NCBI GenBank assembly: GCA_964459225.1
Contig: CAYWKB010000001.1
Coordinates: 116,140-180,139, forward strand
Direction of reading: 5' to 3'
Origin: an uncultured Candidatus Saccharibacteria bacterium
GTDB lineage: Bacteria > Patescibacteriota > Minisyncoccia > Phycocordibacterales > PALSA-1337
Length of the DNA: 64,000 nt
The notes below the pieces were generated by a model that was not told where the DNA came from, did no database searches, and saw nothing but the letters and a program-made list of their open reading frames with translations. How positions within the stretch are numbered: the stretch's first letter is position 1; every line of letters starts with the position of its first letter. The position numbers were made by a program, and so were the translations under genes. Of this stretch, positions 19,088 through 27,927 are shown piece by piece.

Positions 19088-19110
19088 CTTCTTGAAAAAC
19101 TACTGCCGAT

Positions 19111-19230
19111 CTATTTGCTAAATCCTTCGTTTTCTCGCGTCACTTCTGCTTCGCCTGTAAAAATCAAGTAGAGGGCACCCAGAGTGGCGAAAAACAATGC
19201 AACCAGTGCAAGCGGATATAAAACTTTCAT
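19111..19230 (-). CDS. small hydrophobic peptide (39 aa; MKVLYPLALVALFFATLGALYLIFTGEAEVTRENEGFSK), not in ORF track
   Basis: Hand-translated ORF with one TM helix and locally elevated GC, followed by its own terminator. Function unknown; resembles KdpF/CydX-type membrane micro-proteins in form only. Confidence 0.3.
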   Translation of the reverse strand: MKVLYPLALVALFFATLGALYLIFTGEAEVTRENEGFSK

Positions 19231-19268
19231 ACGTATTTGTGCTGCTAGTAGTATTGTACACTAATTGT

Positions 19269-19595
19269 TTATAAAGTCAAACTATACCCCTTAGTCTCTA
19301 GGAAATCATTTAGTAGAGTGTTGTCTTTGACACTACACAAAATTCTCATCTTTACATTATTTTTTAAATAGATTATTTCTATCCCCCTATCCCCCTCCCT
19401 TTTTTTAATTGAAATTATGTCGGATTTATTTATTTTTGTCTTAAAGAAAAAAGATGAAATTATTAATTCATTTTCATAAATTGAAATACTACCAAACGGC
19501 CTGCTGGCTTTAATGGTAAATAGATATTTACTGTAACCATCGAGTTTGTTTGGACCAACTATTGTGGCCTTAAATTTTTGTAAATCGCTTTGCAT
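19269..19595 (-). CDS. hypothetical protein
   Basis: 108-aa ORF with no motif I recognise. Confidence 0.35.
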   Translation of the reverse strand: MQSDLQKFKATIVGPNKLDGYSKYLFTIKASRPFGSISIYENELIISSFFFKTKINKSDIISIKKREGDRGIEIIYLKNNVKMRILCSVKDNTLLNDFLETKGYSLTL

Positions 19596-19605
19596 TAGAT
19601 TATTA

Positions 19606-19680
19606 TGGGGTGGCTAGAGAGAATCGGACTCTCGACTTCGGATCCACAAACCGAGGTTTTACCACTAAACTATAGCCACC
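19606..19680 (-). tRNA. tRNA-His (anticodon GTG) with encoded G-1 and CCA
   Basis: Cloverleaf folded by hand. G-1 pairs with C73; acceptor GTGGCTA/TAGCCAC; D-stem GTTT/AAAC; anticodon loop TTGTGGA; T-loop TCCGATT; 3' CCA encoded. Confidence 0.9.
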
Positions 19681-19695
19681 ATATTTCAATCACCT

Positions 19696-20265
19696 TTATT
19701 TGTATTTTGGTGATACCTCATTTATACCAGATTTATGGTTACTTAGTCTAGCTAATGCATACAATATGCTTGAAAGCCTGTTGAGATAAGACAATGTTTC
19801 CTTTGAAATCTTTTCTTTTTTATTAACATTTTTTTCTAATGAAACTGACACAACTCTCCTTTCCGCCCTTCTTGCTATTGTCCTACTTATATCAAACAAG
19901 GCCCCAAGCTTACTTCCTCCTGAAATAAAAAAGGTTTTGATTGGTGGTAATGTCTTTTCTATTTCATCTATTACCTTTTCTAAATCTTTTACCTTTTCTT
20001 CACCTAGTGGTTTTGGATAACCTGCCACTTCTGCCTGAATTATAAAAAGACTTTCTTGAATATTATGTATTAATCCTTTTAATTTAAATTCACTTCCTGG
20101 TATTTTCCATTTTATCTTTTCTGACTCTACTTTTACTAATCCAAGAAATGAATTTATTTCATCAAGCGATCCTAATGCCTCAGCTATATCTGAGCTTTTT
20201 GAAATTCTCTGATCACAACCAAATGTTTTTGTTGTTCCTGTATCGCCTTTTCTTGTGTATAACAT
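19696..20265 (-). CDS. ATP:cob(I)alamin adenosyltransferase, PduO-type (MMAB family)
   Basis: N-terminal YTRKGDTGTT...DEINSFLG pattern typical of PduO/MMAB. 189 aa. Confidence 0.7.
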   Translation of the reverse strand: MLYTRKGDTGTTKTFGCDQRISKSSDIAEALGSLDEINSFLGLVKVESEKIKWKIPGSEFKLKGLIHNIQESLFIIQAEVAGYPKPLGEEKVKDLEKVIDEIEKTLPPIKTFFISGGSKLGALFDISRTIARRAERRVVSVSLEKNVNKKEKISKETLSYLNRLSSILYALARLSNHKSGINEVSPKYK

Positions 20266-20299
20266 AATAAATATAAATTAAATCTATCCTTTTATTGTT

Positions 20300-20384
20300 T
20301 GGTGCACGGGAGAGGACTCGAACCTCCACACCTTACGGCGTACCCACCTCAAGGGTATGCGGCTACCAATTACGCCACCCGTGC
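20300..20384 (-). tRNA. tRNA-Leu (anticodon GAG), class II with long variable arm, CCA encoded
   Basis: Acceptor GCACGGG/CCCGTGC; anticodon stem TACCC/GGGTA; loop TTGAGGT; 13-nt variable arm; T-arm GGAGG-TTCGAGT-CCTCT. 85 nt. Confidence 0.9.
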
Positions 20385-20403
20385 ATAGTCAAAATATATC
20401 ATA

Positions 20404-20436
20404 ATTAAAACAAAAACTCGATTGCTCGAGTTTTGT
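20404..20436 (-). terminator. intrinsic terminator (aaactcga-ttgc-tcgagttt) flanked by A/T tracts
   Basis: 8-bp stem directly downstream of rplS (minus strand), with a U-tract on that strand. Confidence 0.55.
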
Positions 20437-20439
20437 TTA

Positions 20440-20868
20440 TTATGCAGTTACTTCTTCTTTTGTTTCTTCCTTTGAAATTACTTTTGTATCTGTATTTTGA
20501 TCTTTGTCTATTGAGAGCATTCTTCTCATTTGCTTTCTGATTTCCTTTGCTGCCTTTTCTCTTATGAAATATAGCTTTGCTCTGCGAACCTTTGATCTTC
20601 TTAATGACTCTATCTTATCTATCATTGGTGAGTATAGTGGGAATATCTTTTCAACTCCTACACCGTCTACAACCTTACGAACTGTAAATGTAGCTCCTGC
20701 CTCTCTACCATGCTTGTGGGCTAGTATAATACCCTCAAATGCCTGCAGACGTGTCTTGCCCTTTTCTTGTATTTTTTGCCATACACGAACTGTATCACCA
20801 GCCTTTATGTCGAGCTTCTTTCTTTCCTCTATATTTACCCCTGAAATGATATTAGTATTTGTTGCCAT
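20440..20868 (-). CDS. rplS: 50S ribosomal protein L19
   Basis: GDTVRVWQKIQEKGKTRLQAFEGIILA...TFTVRK...GVEKIFPLYSP signature. Likely start MATNTN (20868); the track ORF extends to 20901. Confidence 0.9.
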   Translation of the reverse strand: MATNTNIISGVNIEERKKLDIKAGDTVRVWQKIQEKGKTRLQAFEGIILAHKHGREAGATFTVRKVVDGVGVEKIFPLYSPMIDKIESLRRSKVRRAKLYFIREKAAKEIRKQMRRMLSIDKDQNTDTKVISKEETKEEVTA

Positions 20869-20894
20869 ATTTGTTATGTAATGTATGAACAAAT

Positions 20895-21653
20895 CTAACA
20901 CAAGCCATGCTTTTTAGCAACTTCTTTAATACCTAATTCAGTTATAGCGGTGACAAAATCCTTTGGAATATCAGCCTTTACTTTTATTACCTTACCTTGG
21001 CAATTAGTGAATTCAATAGAAAAGGCATGCAGAGCATTTCTTTTAAAACCTAGACTTTTTGTCTTATCATCTATCTTTTCTGGTGCATAAAGTGAGTCAT
21101 GGAGTATTGGATGATTGATTGCCTTAAAATGCACTCTAATTTGATGAGTTCTTCCTGTCTTTGGTTCAACCTCTACAAATGAATACCCCACCCTATTTGA
21201 AAGTACAGTATACCAAGTTTCTGCATCTCTCATTTCCCCTCTTGCGCCACGTGTTGCAGACCATCTTCTAAAATCTTTTGGACTTCTACCTATTGGTCTA
21301 TTTATTATTCCAAACTGATCTTTGACTTCACCATAAACAAAAGCTAGGTACTTTTTATTTATTGTCCTGTCTTGAAATTGTGTTTTTAAACATTCGTGCC
21401 CCGCCTTTGTTTTTGCAATTAAAATAACTCCTGAAGTATCGCGATCTAGTCTATGTACTATTCCTGGTCTTTCGATTATTCCATAATCTTTGGTTTCAAC
21501 AGGCTCACCTACATTTTTTGTCTTTGGATAATTTTCAAGTATCCAATCAGTCAAAAAAGGACCCTTGCTTTTACCATCAGGATGCACGACAAGGCCTGCT
21601 GGTTTGTTTACAGCTACAATATCCTTGTCTTCATATAATATGTCTATTTTCAT
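20895..21653 (-). CDS. RluA-family pseudouridine synthase (RluD-like, no S4 domain)
   Basis: AVNKPAG and HRLDRDTSG catalytic motifs. 252 aa. Confidence 0.8.
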   Translation of the reverse strand: MKIDILYEDKDIVAVNKPAGLVVHPDGKSKGPFLTDWILENYPKTKNVGEPVETKDYGIIERPGIVHRLDRDTSGVILIAKTKAGHECLKTQFQDRTINKKYLAFVYGEVKDQFGIINRPIGRSPKDFRRWSATRGARGEMRDAETWYTVLSNRVGYSFVEVEPKTGRTHQIRVHFKAINHPILHDSLYAPEKIDDKTKSLGFKRNALHAFSIEFTNCQGKVIKVKADIPKDFVTAITELGIKEVAKKHGLC

Positions 21654-21721
21654 AGTTAAGTCTTGATAATTAATACATTATACGATAATCTATTATAAGT
21701 CTAATTTATATTAATTTATTA

Positions 21722-21794
21722 GGGCGATTAGCTCAGTTGGTAGAGCAACCCATTTACACTGGGAAGGTCACAGGTTCGAGTCCTGTATCGCCCA
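21722..21794 (+). tRNA. tRNA-Val (anticodon TAC)
   Basis: Acceptor GGGCGAT/ATCGCCC; D-arm GCTC-AGTTGGTA-GAGC; anticodon stem ACCCA/TGGGA with loop TTTACAC; T-arm ACAGG-TTCGAGT-CCTGT. No encoded CCA. Confidence 0.9.
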
Positions 21795-21800
21795 CAAACT

Positions 21801-21830
21801 AAAAAAGAATGACAACCGTCATTCTTTTTT
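21801..21830 (+). terminator. intrinsic terminator after tRNA-Val (agaatgac-aacc-gtcattct + T6)
   Basis: 8-bp stem plus TTTTTT, read directly. Confidence 0.6.
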
Positions 21831-21944
21831 ACGTTCTGTGGTACTACTTGGACGAGAAAGCCGGAGCTATACCGAGCCAGTAGGCGAGGTAGCGAGGCGG
21901 GGTCGAAGAAATTTCCGAGCGATGGCGAGGAAATTATCTGTGAC

Positions 21945-21965
21945 CGAGTCCTGTATCGCCCACAA
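21945..21965 (+). repeat. 21-nt direct repeat of the tRNA-Val 3' end (cgagtcctgtatcgcccacaa; first copy 21777-21797)
   Basis: Exact 21/21 match, 168 bp downstream of the tRNA copy, embedded in a 110-nt GC-rich non-coding segment. This is the pattern of an att-site scar. Confidence 0.6.
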
Positions 21966-22098
21966 CAATCTCAGACAATCACGTTTGACTATAGGTTATA
22001 AGAATGATAAAAAAATATCAGAATAGCTGCCGAACTATTTTGAATCACATGAAGTATTTCTATAAGCTGCCCGCATATAGAAATGGGTCGCAAACCCC

Positions 22099-22815
22099 AT
22101 GGATTCTAATCCAGGCATTTTAAAAATGACAAACCAAGAAGTGGAGTGTTTATTTACGACTTCATCCACCCCTATTCAAAACAAATGGGAAGCCGCAAGG
22201 AAAATGACTAGAAGTTTAATTGATCTCAAAAATGACCGAGAGGAAGCATTGGTCAATAAACGTAAATACTACAGAAATTATATTGTTGGATCTGCCATAA
22301 TGTTGGTCCTTGTTATATATACAATATATTTCTTGGTGGTGCCTCAACCATCCAAAAATGATCACAAGAATCTCCTGAAACTATCAATTATCATGATTAT
22401 ATCAGGAATTGTTCTCGTAATCTGGCACATGGTGTATGAGAAGTGGTGGAAGGAAAAAAGTAATATTTGGCGGATTGAGCAAATCTTTGAGGATTTTGCT
22501 GAATCGCTAAAAAAACTAAACCCCCTAGGAATTAATACTGATAATTGTTCGATTGACGAAGAATATGTAAAAACAAGCTACCTTTTGCTTGCAACTAAAC
22601 TAGCCAGGGAGCAGATCTTGTTTGATAAAATGAGATCAAATCGCGATATAGACAGACAGACTCTTATCGAAGCAGGGTACCTTTTAACAGATTGCGAATC
22701 TGAATTCAAAAGACTTGAAACATGTCTCAGTAATGACTTTGGTATTAAACCAAGTCGAGCAGAGATATTCCAGGAAGCGATGAGAAACTTAAAAAAGACA
22801 GCTTCTATAGCATAG
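22099..22815 (+). CDS. hypothetical membrane protein (2 central TM helices)
   Basis: 238-aa ORF with its own strong terminator and no recognisable motif. Sits just beyond the tRNA-Val repeat scar. Confidence 0.45.
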   Translation: MDSNPGILKMTNQEVECLFTTSSTPIQNKWEAARKMTRSLIDLKNDREEALVNKRKYYRNYIVGSAIMLVLVIYTIYFLVVPQPSKNDHKNLLKLSIIMIISGIVLVIWHMVYEKWWKEKSNIWRIEQIFEDFAESLKKLNPLGINTDNCSIDEEYVKTSYLLLATKLAREQILFDKMRSNRDIDRQTLIEAGYLLTDCESEFKRLETCLSNDFGIKPSRAEIFQEAMRNLKKTASIA

Positions 22816-22837
22816 TGCAAACCTTGACGGCATTCAC

Positions 22838-22868
22838 AAACCGCCCCTACACAGAGGGGCGGTTTTAT
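22838..22868 (+). terminator. intrinsic terminator (ccgcccct-acacag-aggggcgg + TTTT)
   Basis: 8-bp GC stem plus a T-tract, downstream of the 22099-22815 gene. Confidence 0.6.
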
Positions 22869-22904
22869 ATTTATATTTTATTTAAACAGTAAATATTACA
22901 TAGA

Positions 22905-22932
22905 ACAAAAACACCCTTTCGGGTGCTTTTTG
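22905..22932. terminator. short bidirectional terminator (caccc-tttc-gggtg flanked by A5/T5)
   Basis: 5-bp GC stem with flanking homopolymer runs. Positioned 3' of the DUF378 gene on the minus strand. Confidence 0.4.
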
Positions 22933-22959
22933 TTTAGAGATAGTATTCCCTATTTTAAA

Positions 22960-23187
22960 TTACATTGATGTAGAACCTGAAGCTGAGCAATCTCTGCATG
23001 ACTTCTTATGTGTGAAGATAAGAACCAAAGCTGAGATACCAACTAGAACATATACTATATTAGCAACTACTGCTGGTAAATATGCTACTATTCCTGCTCC
23101 ACCAGCACCCAATCCTAATCCAACTAGAAGCCAATTTAGACCTCCTACTACAACCAATATAAATGCAATTGTATGTAAAGCTTTCAT
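22960..23187 (-). CDS. DUF378-family small membrane protein
   Basis: 75 aa with two TM helices and the FILVVVGGLNWLLVGL pattern typical of DUF378. Confidence 0.55.
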   Translation of the reverse strand: MKALHTIAFILVVVGGLNWLLVGLGLGAGGAGIVAYLPAVVANIVYVLVGISALVLIFTHKKSCRDCSASGSTSM

Positions 23188-23314
23188 AAAATTTAATTAA
23201 CTATTAATAATTAACCTATACCCTTATATTATACTAAATATACATCGTATACGCTAAGTACTTATACACATGCAATCCACAGTTATTCCCCATTTACCTA
23301 TTAAAACGATTTTG

Positions 23315-23386
23315 TGCCTTCGGTAGGAATCGAACCTACATCAAGACCTTAGAAGAGTCCTGTTCTATCCATTGAACTACGAAGGC
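23315..23386 (-). tRNA. tRNA-Arg (anticodon TCT)
   Basis: Acceptor GCCTTCG/CGAAGGC; D-arm GTTC-AATGGATA-GAAC; anticodon stem GGACT/GGTCT with loop CTTCTAA; T-arm GTAGG-TTCGATT-CCTAC. 72 nt. Confidence 0.9.
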
Positions 23387-23430
23387 AATGGAATAGTAAG
23401 AATATAACAGAAAAAGCTTAAAATACAAAA

Positions 23431-23763
23431 TTATTTCGATGGGTCTGCAGGTCCCGCATAACCCGCCTTTAATTTATTTGATAAATCTTTTTTGATATCA
23501 AATCTCATAAGCACATCATCTAAATCCTTATTGTTGAATATTTTTTCATCATTTTTTTGCGCTACCGTTGAATTTTCATAATTTCCTGTTGATATTTCCC
23601 AATAAAGATACAGACCACTTATCGCAAGTGACAAAGACAATAAGCTAAACAATATTAATATAATAATCCAATCAACATAAGCATTCCTACCTATCTCTCT
23701 AAAAGACGAGAGTAAAGATAGATTTGGAACTTTCATAAATTTCTTTTTAAATAAATTAGCCAT
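23431..23763 (-). CDS. hypothetical membrane protein (possibly pilus-assembly accessory, PilP-like position)
   Basis: 110 aa with a single TM; lies downstream of the pilM/N/O-like genes on the same strand. No motif. Confidence 0.35.
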   Translation of the reverse strand: MANLFKKKFMKVPNLSLLSSFREIGRNAYVDWIIILILFSLLSLSLAISGLYLYWEISTGNYENSTVAQKNDEKIFNNKDLDDVLMRFDIKKDLSNKLKAGYAGPADPSK

Positions 23764-23764
23764 A

Positions 23765-24310
23765 TTATTTTATAGTTATTGCCTCAATATCTAAATTTAA
23801 TTTCCATTTACTTGAAACATTTGATGACTTTGATTTCAACAAATCACTTTCTAATCCTTGTGAAGTACTTAATGCAATATTACTAATCTTACTACTAATT
23901 GGAAGATTTTCGATGAGTGACAATGCCCTCATTATATTTGCCCAATTACCCTCAACCTTAACCTTTGCTTTAATATTGCCCTTATCATTACTTATCGAAG
24001 ACAATTCAAAATCGGTATTTGTATAGTCACCTATTTTTTCAACTGTTTCTATAAAAGAAACTATTTTATCTTCATTTGCAATTATACTGTATATCTTTTG
24101 TCTACTTCCCTCAGTATTGTCATATACCTTAACTAATTCTTCTTCATATCTTTTACGTCCATCTTCGGAATTCATTTCATTTGTGAGTTTTGAATAATTT
24201 TGTGCAATACCGATTGTTTTTTTATATACAAATAAATACACAAAAATAGACACAACAAGACATGCGACAGCAAATAATATTAAAATGTAATGTCTGTGAT
24301 TTGTTTTCAT
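23765..24310 (-). CDS. PilO-like type IV pilus assembly protein
   Basis: Bitopic: N-terminal TM, a coiled-coil segment, then a C-terminal globular domain. Gene order pilM-pilN-pilO. Assigned from architecture and context only. Confidence 0.5.
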   Translation of the reverse strand: MKTNHRHYILILFAVACLVVSIFVYLFVYKKTIGIAQNYSKLTNEMNSEDGRKRYEEELVKVYDNTEGSRQKIYSIIANEDKIVSFIETVEKIGDYTNTDFELSSISNDKGNIKAKVKVEGNWANIMRALSLIENLPISSKISNIALSTSQGLESDLLKSKSSNVSSKWKLNLDIEAITIK

Positions 24311-24867
24311 TTGTTTGATAATGATAATCTAATAGAATAATTTATCTCTCTACTCTTTGCTAAATCAGATACCGGTAATTCAACCTTTGTGATTATAGGG
24401 TTTTGCTCAAGCTTTGTCTTAAATCTAATTAATGCATCTCTGGTGTTTGCTCTGCCCTGAATAATCAAAATTGTTGATGAGGCTGAATTTGCAGTTTCAT
24501 TGTCGGTAAATTGAAATGAATTTATATAGACATCGGAATTTTTATCATTAATGATTTGAGGTATTATTTCTGAATATACTATTTTATTTGTATTCGAATT
24601 AATTTTTTTAATATATTCATTTATTAATCCTAAATCTTTAACTATTTTATCTATTTCTTTGTTTTTCCTACCCTCTCTTATTGTTTCTATTCTTAAAAGC
24701 GCGTCTTTTTCTTCTGAATATGAGAGTATAAATGCAGGTGCTAATGAAAATATACCTATAGTAATAGCAAGAGAAATAAAAAATAATATAAAAATAAATA
24801 ATCTCATGCGATATTCTCGCTTTAATACTTTCATTTCATTTTCTGGTAAAAGTGTGTAGTGAATCAT
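24307..24867 (-). CDS. PilN-like type IV pilus assembly protein
   Basis: Short cytoplasmic N-terminus, one TM, periplasmic domain. Overlaps pilO-like by 4 nt and directly follows pilM. Confidence 0.55.
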   Translation of the reverse strand: MIHYTLLPENEMKVLKREYRMRLFIFILFFISLAITIGIFSLAPAFILSYSEEKDALLRIETIREGRKNKEIDKIVKDLGLINEYIKKINSNTNKIVYSEIIPQIINDKNSDVYINSFQFTDNETANSASSTILIIQGRANTRDALIRFKTKLEQNPIITKVELPVSDLAKSREINYSIRLSLSNK

Positions 24868-24871
24868 ATAT

Positions 24872-25867
24872 TTATGGTATTGCTAAACCGGCTGATATTG
24901 CATAGTCTAATGACTCTTCAAATGAAATCTTTGGTACATAATGATCAGATGAAAATACATTTTGCCAGACATTTGCAACTGAAACTTGTATATCTGTTGA
25001 TGGTGAAAGATTAGATATTTGGCTTATATGCACAGCGTCATGTCCAGAAATAATTATTGATTTTATATCATTGCCATTTCCATGTTGTTTCCAGTATGTA
25101 TAAACTTTTTCTATTTCTCTTCTAAGTGAAAAGATACTATCTCCCATTTCCTCTGGTTTTTTGTCTCTAACACTTTCACCACCCCATGAAATGGTAGATG
25201 TAAAACAAACTATTCCATTATAGACAACATACAAACCTGTTTTTTTATTCATTACATGCACTATAAGCTCAGTTTCAAAATTATCATGTGGCACTACCGC
25301 TCTTGCTATGGCTTTTGCTTGAATTTCAAATGAAACCACAGTTAACCCTGAACTTTTAAGTACATTTAAATAACTATTCACCAAGTCCATAGGAGCAACT
25401 GAAACACTGGCATATGTTTTGCCGCTATTGTTTTCATCCAATGCTTGTGGAAGTTTATCAAAAAAGAAAATAGCCTCAGACGCACCAAGTGGTACATTTT
25501 CCTCTAATTTAAATTCGATATTTTGCCTAATTTGTCTTTCATTTGTATCGGGTACTTCAGTTTTAAACAAATACATTCTCTCTTCAGGTAAAGAGGCTTT
25601 AACGGTGTGAATTTTTAACTCTTTAACTAGCGATGTTACTTGTTCTATTAAAGCCTTTTCATCCTTTATATGACCCCCATCAACTATTCCGGGTTTTAAA
25701 AGTCTATTTCCATATCTGTGTAAGGTATATCCATGGCTATTAAAAGAGTATTCAATACACCTCACCGCCTCATCAGAAATATCCAAACCAGCATAAGGAA
25801 TATTTATATATTTTGGTGGTGGAAAAAGTTTAAAAAATTTCTTGGTAAACGTACTCATATTTACCAA
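24872..25867 (-). CDS. pilM: PilM type IV pilus assembly ATPase-like protein (actin fold)
   Basis: 331 aa with an N-terminal GLDISDEAVRCIEYS-type phosphate-1 motif, a length and layout typical of PilM, followed by pilN/pilO-like genes. Confidence 0.65.
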   Translation of the reverse strand: MVNMSTFTKKFFKLFPPPKYINIPYAGLDISDEAVRCIEYSFNSHGYTLHRYGNRLLKPGIVDGGHIKDEKALIEQVTSLVKELKIHTVKASLPEERMYLFKTEVPDTNERQIRQNIEFKLEENVPLGASEAIFFFDKLPQALDENNSGKTYASVSVAPMDLVNSYLNVLKSSGLTVVSFEIQAKAIARAVVPHDNFETELIVHVMNKKTGLYVVYNGIVCFTSTISWGGESVRDKKPEEMGDSIFSLRREIEKVYTYWKQHGNGNDIKSIIISGHDAVHISQISNLSPSTDIQVSVANVWQNVFSSDHYVPKISFEESLDYAISAGLAIP

Positions 25868-25875
25868 ATATTATA

Positions 25876-26493
25876 TCATGGATTTTTTTGAGAATATTTG
25901 TCTTTAAAGTATTCGTAAAATATCGGAATAAATGAAAAGACTATAATAGCAATAATTATATAGTGCAAATACTTATCGATACCCGGAACAATATTACCAA
26001 GCAAATACCCTACCCCAAGCATTCCCCAAGTCCAAGTAAAAGCTCCAATAATATTGAATTTAATGAAATATTTATAATCCATACCTGTTGCGCCCGCTAT
26101 TATGGGTGCAAATGTTCTAACTATTGGGATAAATCTTGCTAAGACTATTGTCTTTTTACCATGTTTATTATAAAACCCTTTTGCTTTTTCTAAATGCTTC
26201 TTTTTGAAAAATCTTGAATCCTCCCTACTAAATAAAAGCTCACCTGTCTTTTTACCAAATGAATATCCAACACTATCTCCAAGCACAGCAGAAATAAAAC
26301 ATAAAAATAAAAGTAGCCAAATCGATAGATAACCTTGAGATGCAAGTAATCCGGCAGTAAAAAGTAATGAATCTCCAGGGAGAAAGAAACCAAAAAATAA
26401 TCCAGATTCAGCAAAAGTAATAGCAACAACCCCAATCAGTCCTAGGGTTTTAATTATAAACATTGGATCTATTAAATCAGTGATGTTATTCAT
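25876..26493 (-). CDS. DedA/VTT-domain membrane protein
   Basis: FFxGFFLPGDSLLFTAG and ARFIPIVRTFAPIIAG DedA signature stretches. 205 aa. Confidence 0.8.
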   Translation of the reverse strand: MNNITDLIDPMFIIKTLGLIGVVAITFAESGLFFGFFLPGDSLLFTAGLLASQGYLSIWLLLFLCFISAVLGDSVGYSFGKKTGELLFSREDSRFFKKKHLEKAKGFYNKHGKKTIVLARFIPIVRTFAPIIAGATGMDYKYFIKFNIIGAFTWTWGMLGVGYLLGNIVPGIDKYLHYIIIAIIVFSFIPIFYEYFKDKYSQKNP

Positions 26494-26495
26494 TT

Positions 26496-26882
26496 TTATT
26501 TTGCTTTTGTACCTGCGGGAATTGTCTCATTAGGTTCAAGTAATGAAAACTTCCCATCAGTAGTTGATAGTCCCAATATCATTCCATTACTTTCAAAACC
26601 TTTTATCATTCTTGGTTCAAGATTTGTGATAAACATACATGTCTTACCCACAAGCACACTTGCATCTGGGAAATATAATGATATACCAGAGACGATTTGC
26701 CTTGGTTTTGAAACTGTATTTTTATTTCCCATATCATCAACAACTTCCACAGTTTCGGCAAAATCAACAATTAATTTTAATAATTTATCTGTATCAGGGA
26801 TCTTTTCGGCACTTATTATTTTCCCTGCAGTTATTTCTACTTTTGAGTATTCTTCGTAACTTATTTTTTTATTTTCATTCAT
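26496..26882 (-). CDS. tRNA-binding protein (CsaA/Myf domain, MetRS C-terminal-like)
   Basis: GKIISAEKIPDTDKLLKLIVD...QIVSG...LVGKT...NLEPRMIKGFESNGMIL OB-fold tRNA-binding pattern. Confidence 0.7.
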   Translation of the reverse strand: MNENKKISYEEYSKVEITAGKIISAEKIPDTDKLLKLIVDFAETVEVVDDMGNKNTVSKPRQIVSGISLYFPDASVLVGKTCMFITNLEPRMIKGFESNGMILGLSTTDGKFSLLEPNETIPAGTKAK

Positions 26883-26891
26883 ATTTTTATA

Positions 26892-27278
26892 TTAACCTTT
26901 AATATTTTTCTTATCAAGAAAGCTTTGCAATATAAGAGCGGCAGCTGAGGCGTCTAGCATTTCATTTTTACCTTGTAGTCTTTCTGCATTTTCACTTGTC
27001 ATGAATTCTGGTTCAAAATATACCTTATAACCTTTTTCCTCAAGTTCCTTTTTAAATTGCATGCTTTTTTCAAGTATGGCATTTGCCTCGCCTTTGTAGT
27101 TTTTTGACTCCCCCATTACTATTTCTTTTATATCATTTTCTTTAAGTATCTTTATGATTTCATCTAAAAGATTTTTGGAATAATTAATCACTTTATTTGG
27201 AATGGCAAATTGCCCACCGTCATCTGATAGTGCTATTCCTATTCTTTTTGTGCCGTAGTCTATGCCTAGCAGTCGCAT
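26892..27278 (-). CDS. ruvX: Holliday-junction resolvase-like pre-16S rRNA nuclease YqgF/RuvX
   Basis: MRLLGIDYGTKRIGIALSD N-terminus, 128 aa. Confidence 0.85.
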   Translation of the reverse strand: MRLLGIDYGTKRIGIALSDDGGQFAIPNKVINYSKNLLDEIIKILKENDIKEIVMGESKNYKGEANAILEKSMQFKKELEEKGYKVYFEPEFMTSENAERLQGKNEMLDASAAALILQSFLDKKNIKG

Positions 27279-27352
27279 GACTACAGTCTACTCTAAGTTT
27301 AAAATATGAGCAAAATATTTATTCATACATATATATTTGGTATAATGGATGA

Positions 27353-27838
27353 GTGACTGAAGCATATAAAAGAAAGCCAAATACTAATTGTAAAATATGT
27401 GAAAAACTAATTTACAAAAGACCATCCCAGATCAAACTCAATAACGGGAATGTATTTTGCAGTAATACTTGTTACGGCAAATCATGTAGAAACGAGAAAC
27501 CCTGTATAATATGTGGAAAGATGATACTGTCGAGTATGCACAAAAAGACATGTAGTAGATCATGCTCAAACAAGAACAGGGCTGGAATAAAATATGGAAT
27601 ACGAAGACCGAATGATAAAGTTAAAGCACAAGAAATCATAAAACTTCGACTTATAGAACTTCGTGGTATGAAATGTGAACTATGTGGTTACAACAAATAC
27701 GAAATACTGCACATTCATCACAAAGATAGAAATAGATTGAATAATAATTTTGATAATCTAGAACTCATATGTCCAAACTGTCATTATGAAAAACATCATC
27801 TTGAACGAAAAAAGGTGAAATCTTATACAGGTAAATAG
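27353..27838 (+). CDS. HNH endonuclease with N-terminal Cys-rich zinc-finger repeats
   Basis: C-terminal HIHHKDRNRLNNNFDNLELICPNCH HNH motif, preceded by three CxxC...C...C repeats. Standalone, next to a tRNA cluster. Confidence 0.7.
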   Translation: MTEAYKRKPNTNCKICEKLIYKRPSQIKLNNGNVFCSNTCYGKSCRNEKPCIICGKMILSSMHKKTCSRSCSNKNRAGIKYGIRRPNDKVKAQEIIKLRLIELRGMKCELCGYNKYEILHIHHKDRNRLNNNFDNLELICPNCHYEKHHLERKKVKSYTGK

Positions 27839-27927
27839 TCACTTTTCAATAACACTTGAAAACAAAGCAATAATATGAGAGTATCTAGTATATTCAACAC
27901 TGTAAAAAGTGAATGAATAACACAGAT

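Noticed and set aside
21850-21900. Partial resemblance of gacgagaaagccggagcuaua to the RNase P RNA P4 region (GGAAAGUCCGGGCUCCAUA)
   Set aside because: None of the other universally conserved RNase P RNA elements (AGGGUGAAA, GGUGCGGUAAGAGCGCACC, ACAGAACCCGGCUUA) are present within several hundred nt. The segment is far too short.
21838-22026. 62-aa + strand ORF in the GC-rich segment after tRNA-Val
   Set aside because: It spans the duplicated tRNA-Val 3' end, has no RBS, and is Arg/Glu-rich as expected from GC-rich non-coding DNA. It is better explained as a non-coding remnant.
27279-27352. Second origin-like strand-polarity switch (minus-strand genes to the left, plus-strand genes to the right)
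   Set aside because: It has no DnaA boxes or AT-rich unwinding element. Gene orientation in the window is mixed overall, and the dnaA-dnaN region is the better-supported origin.
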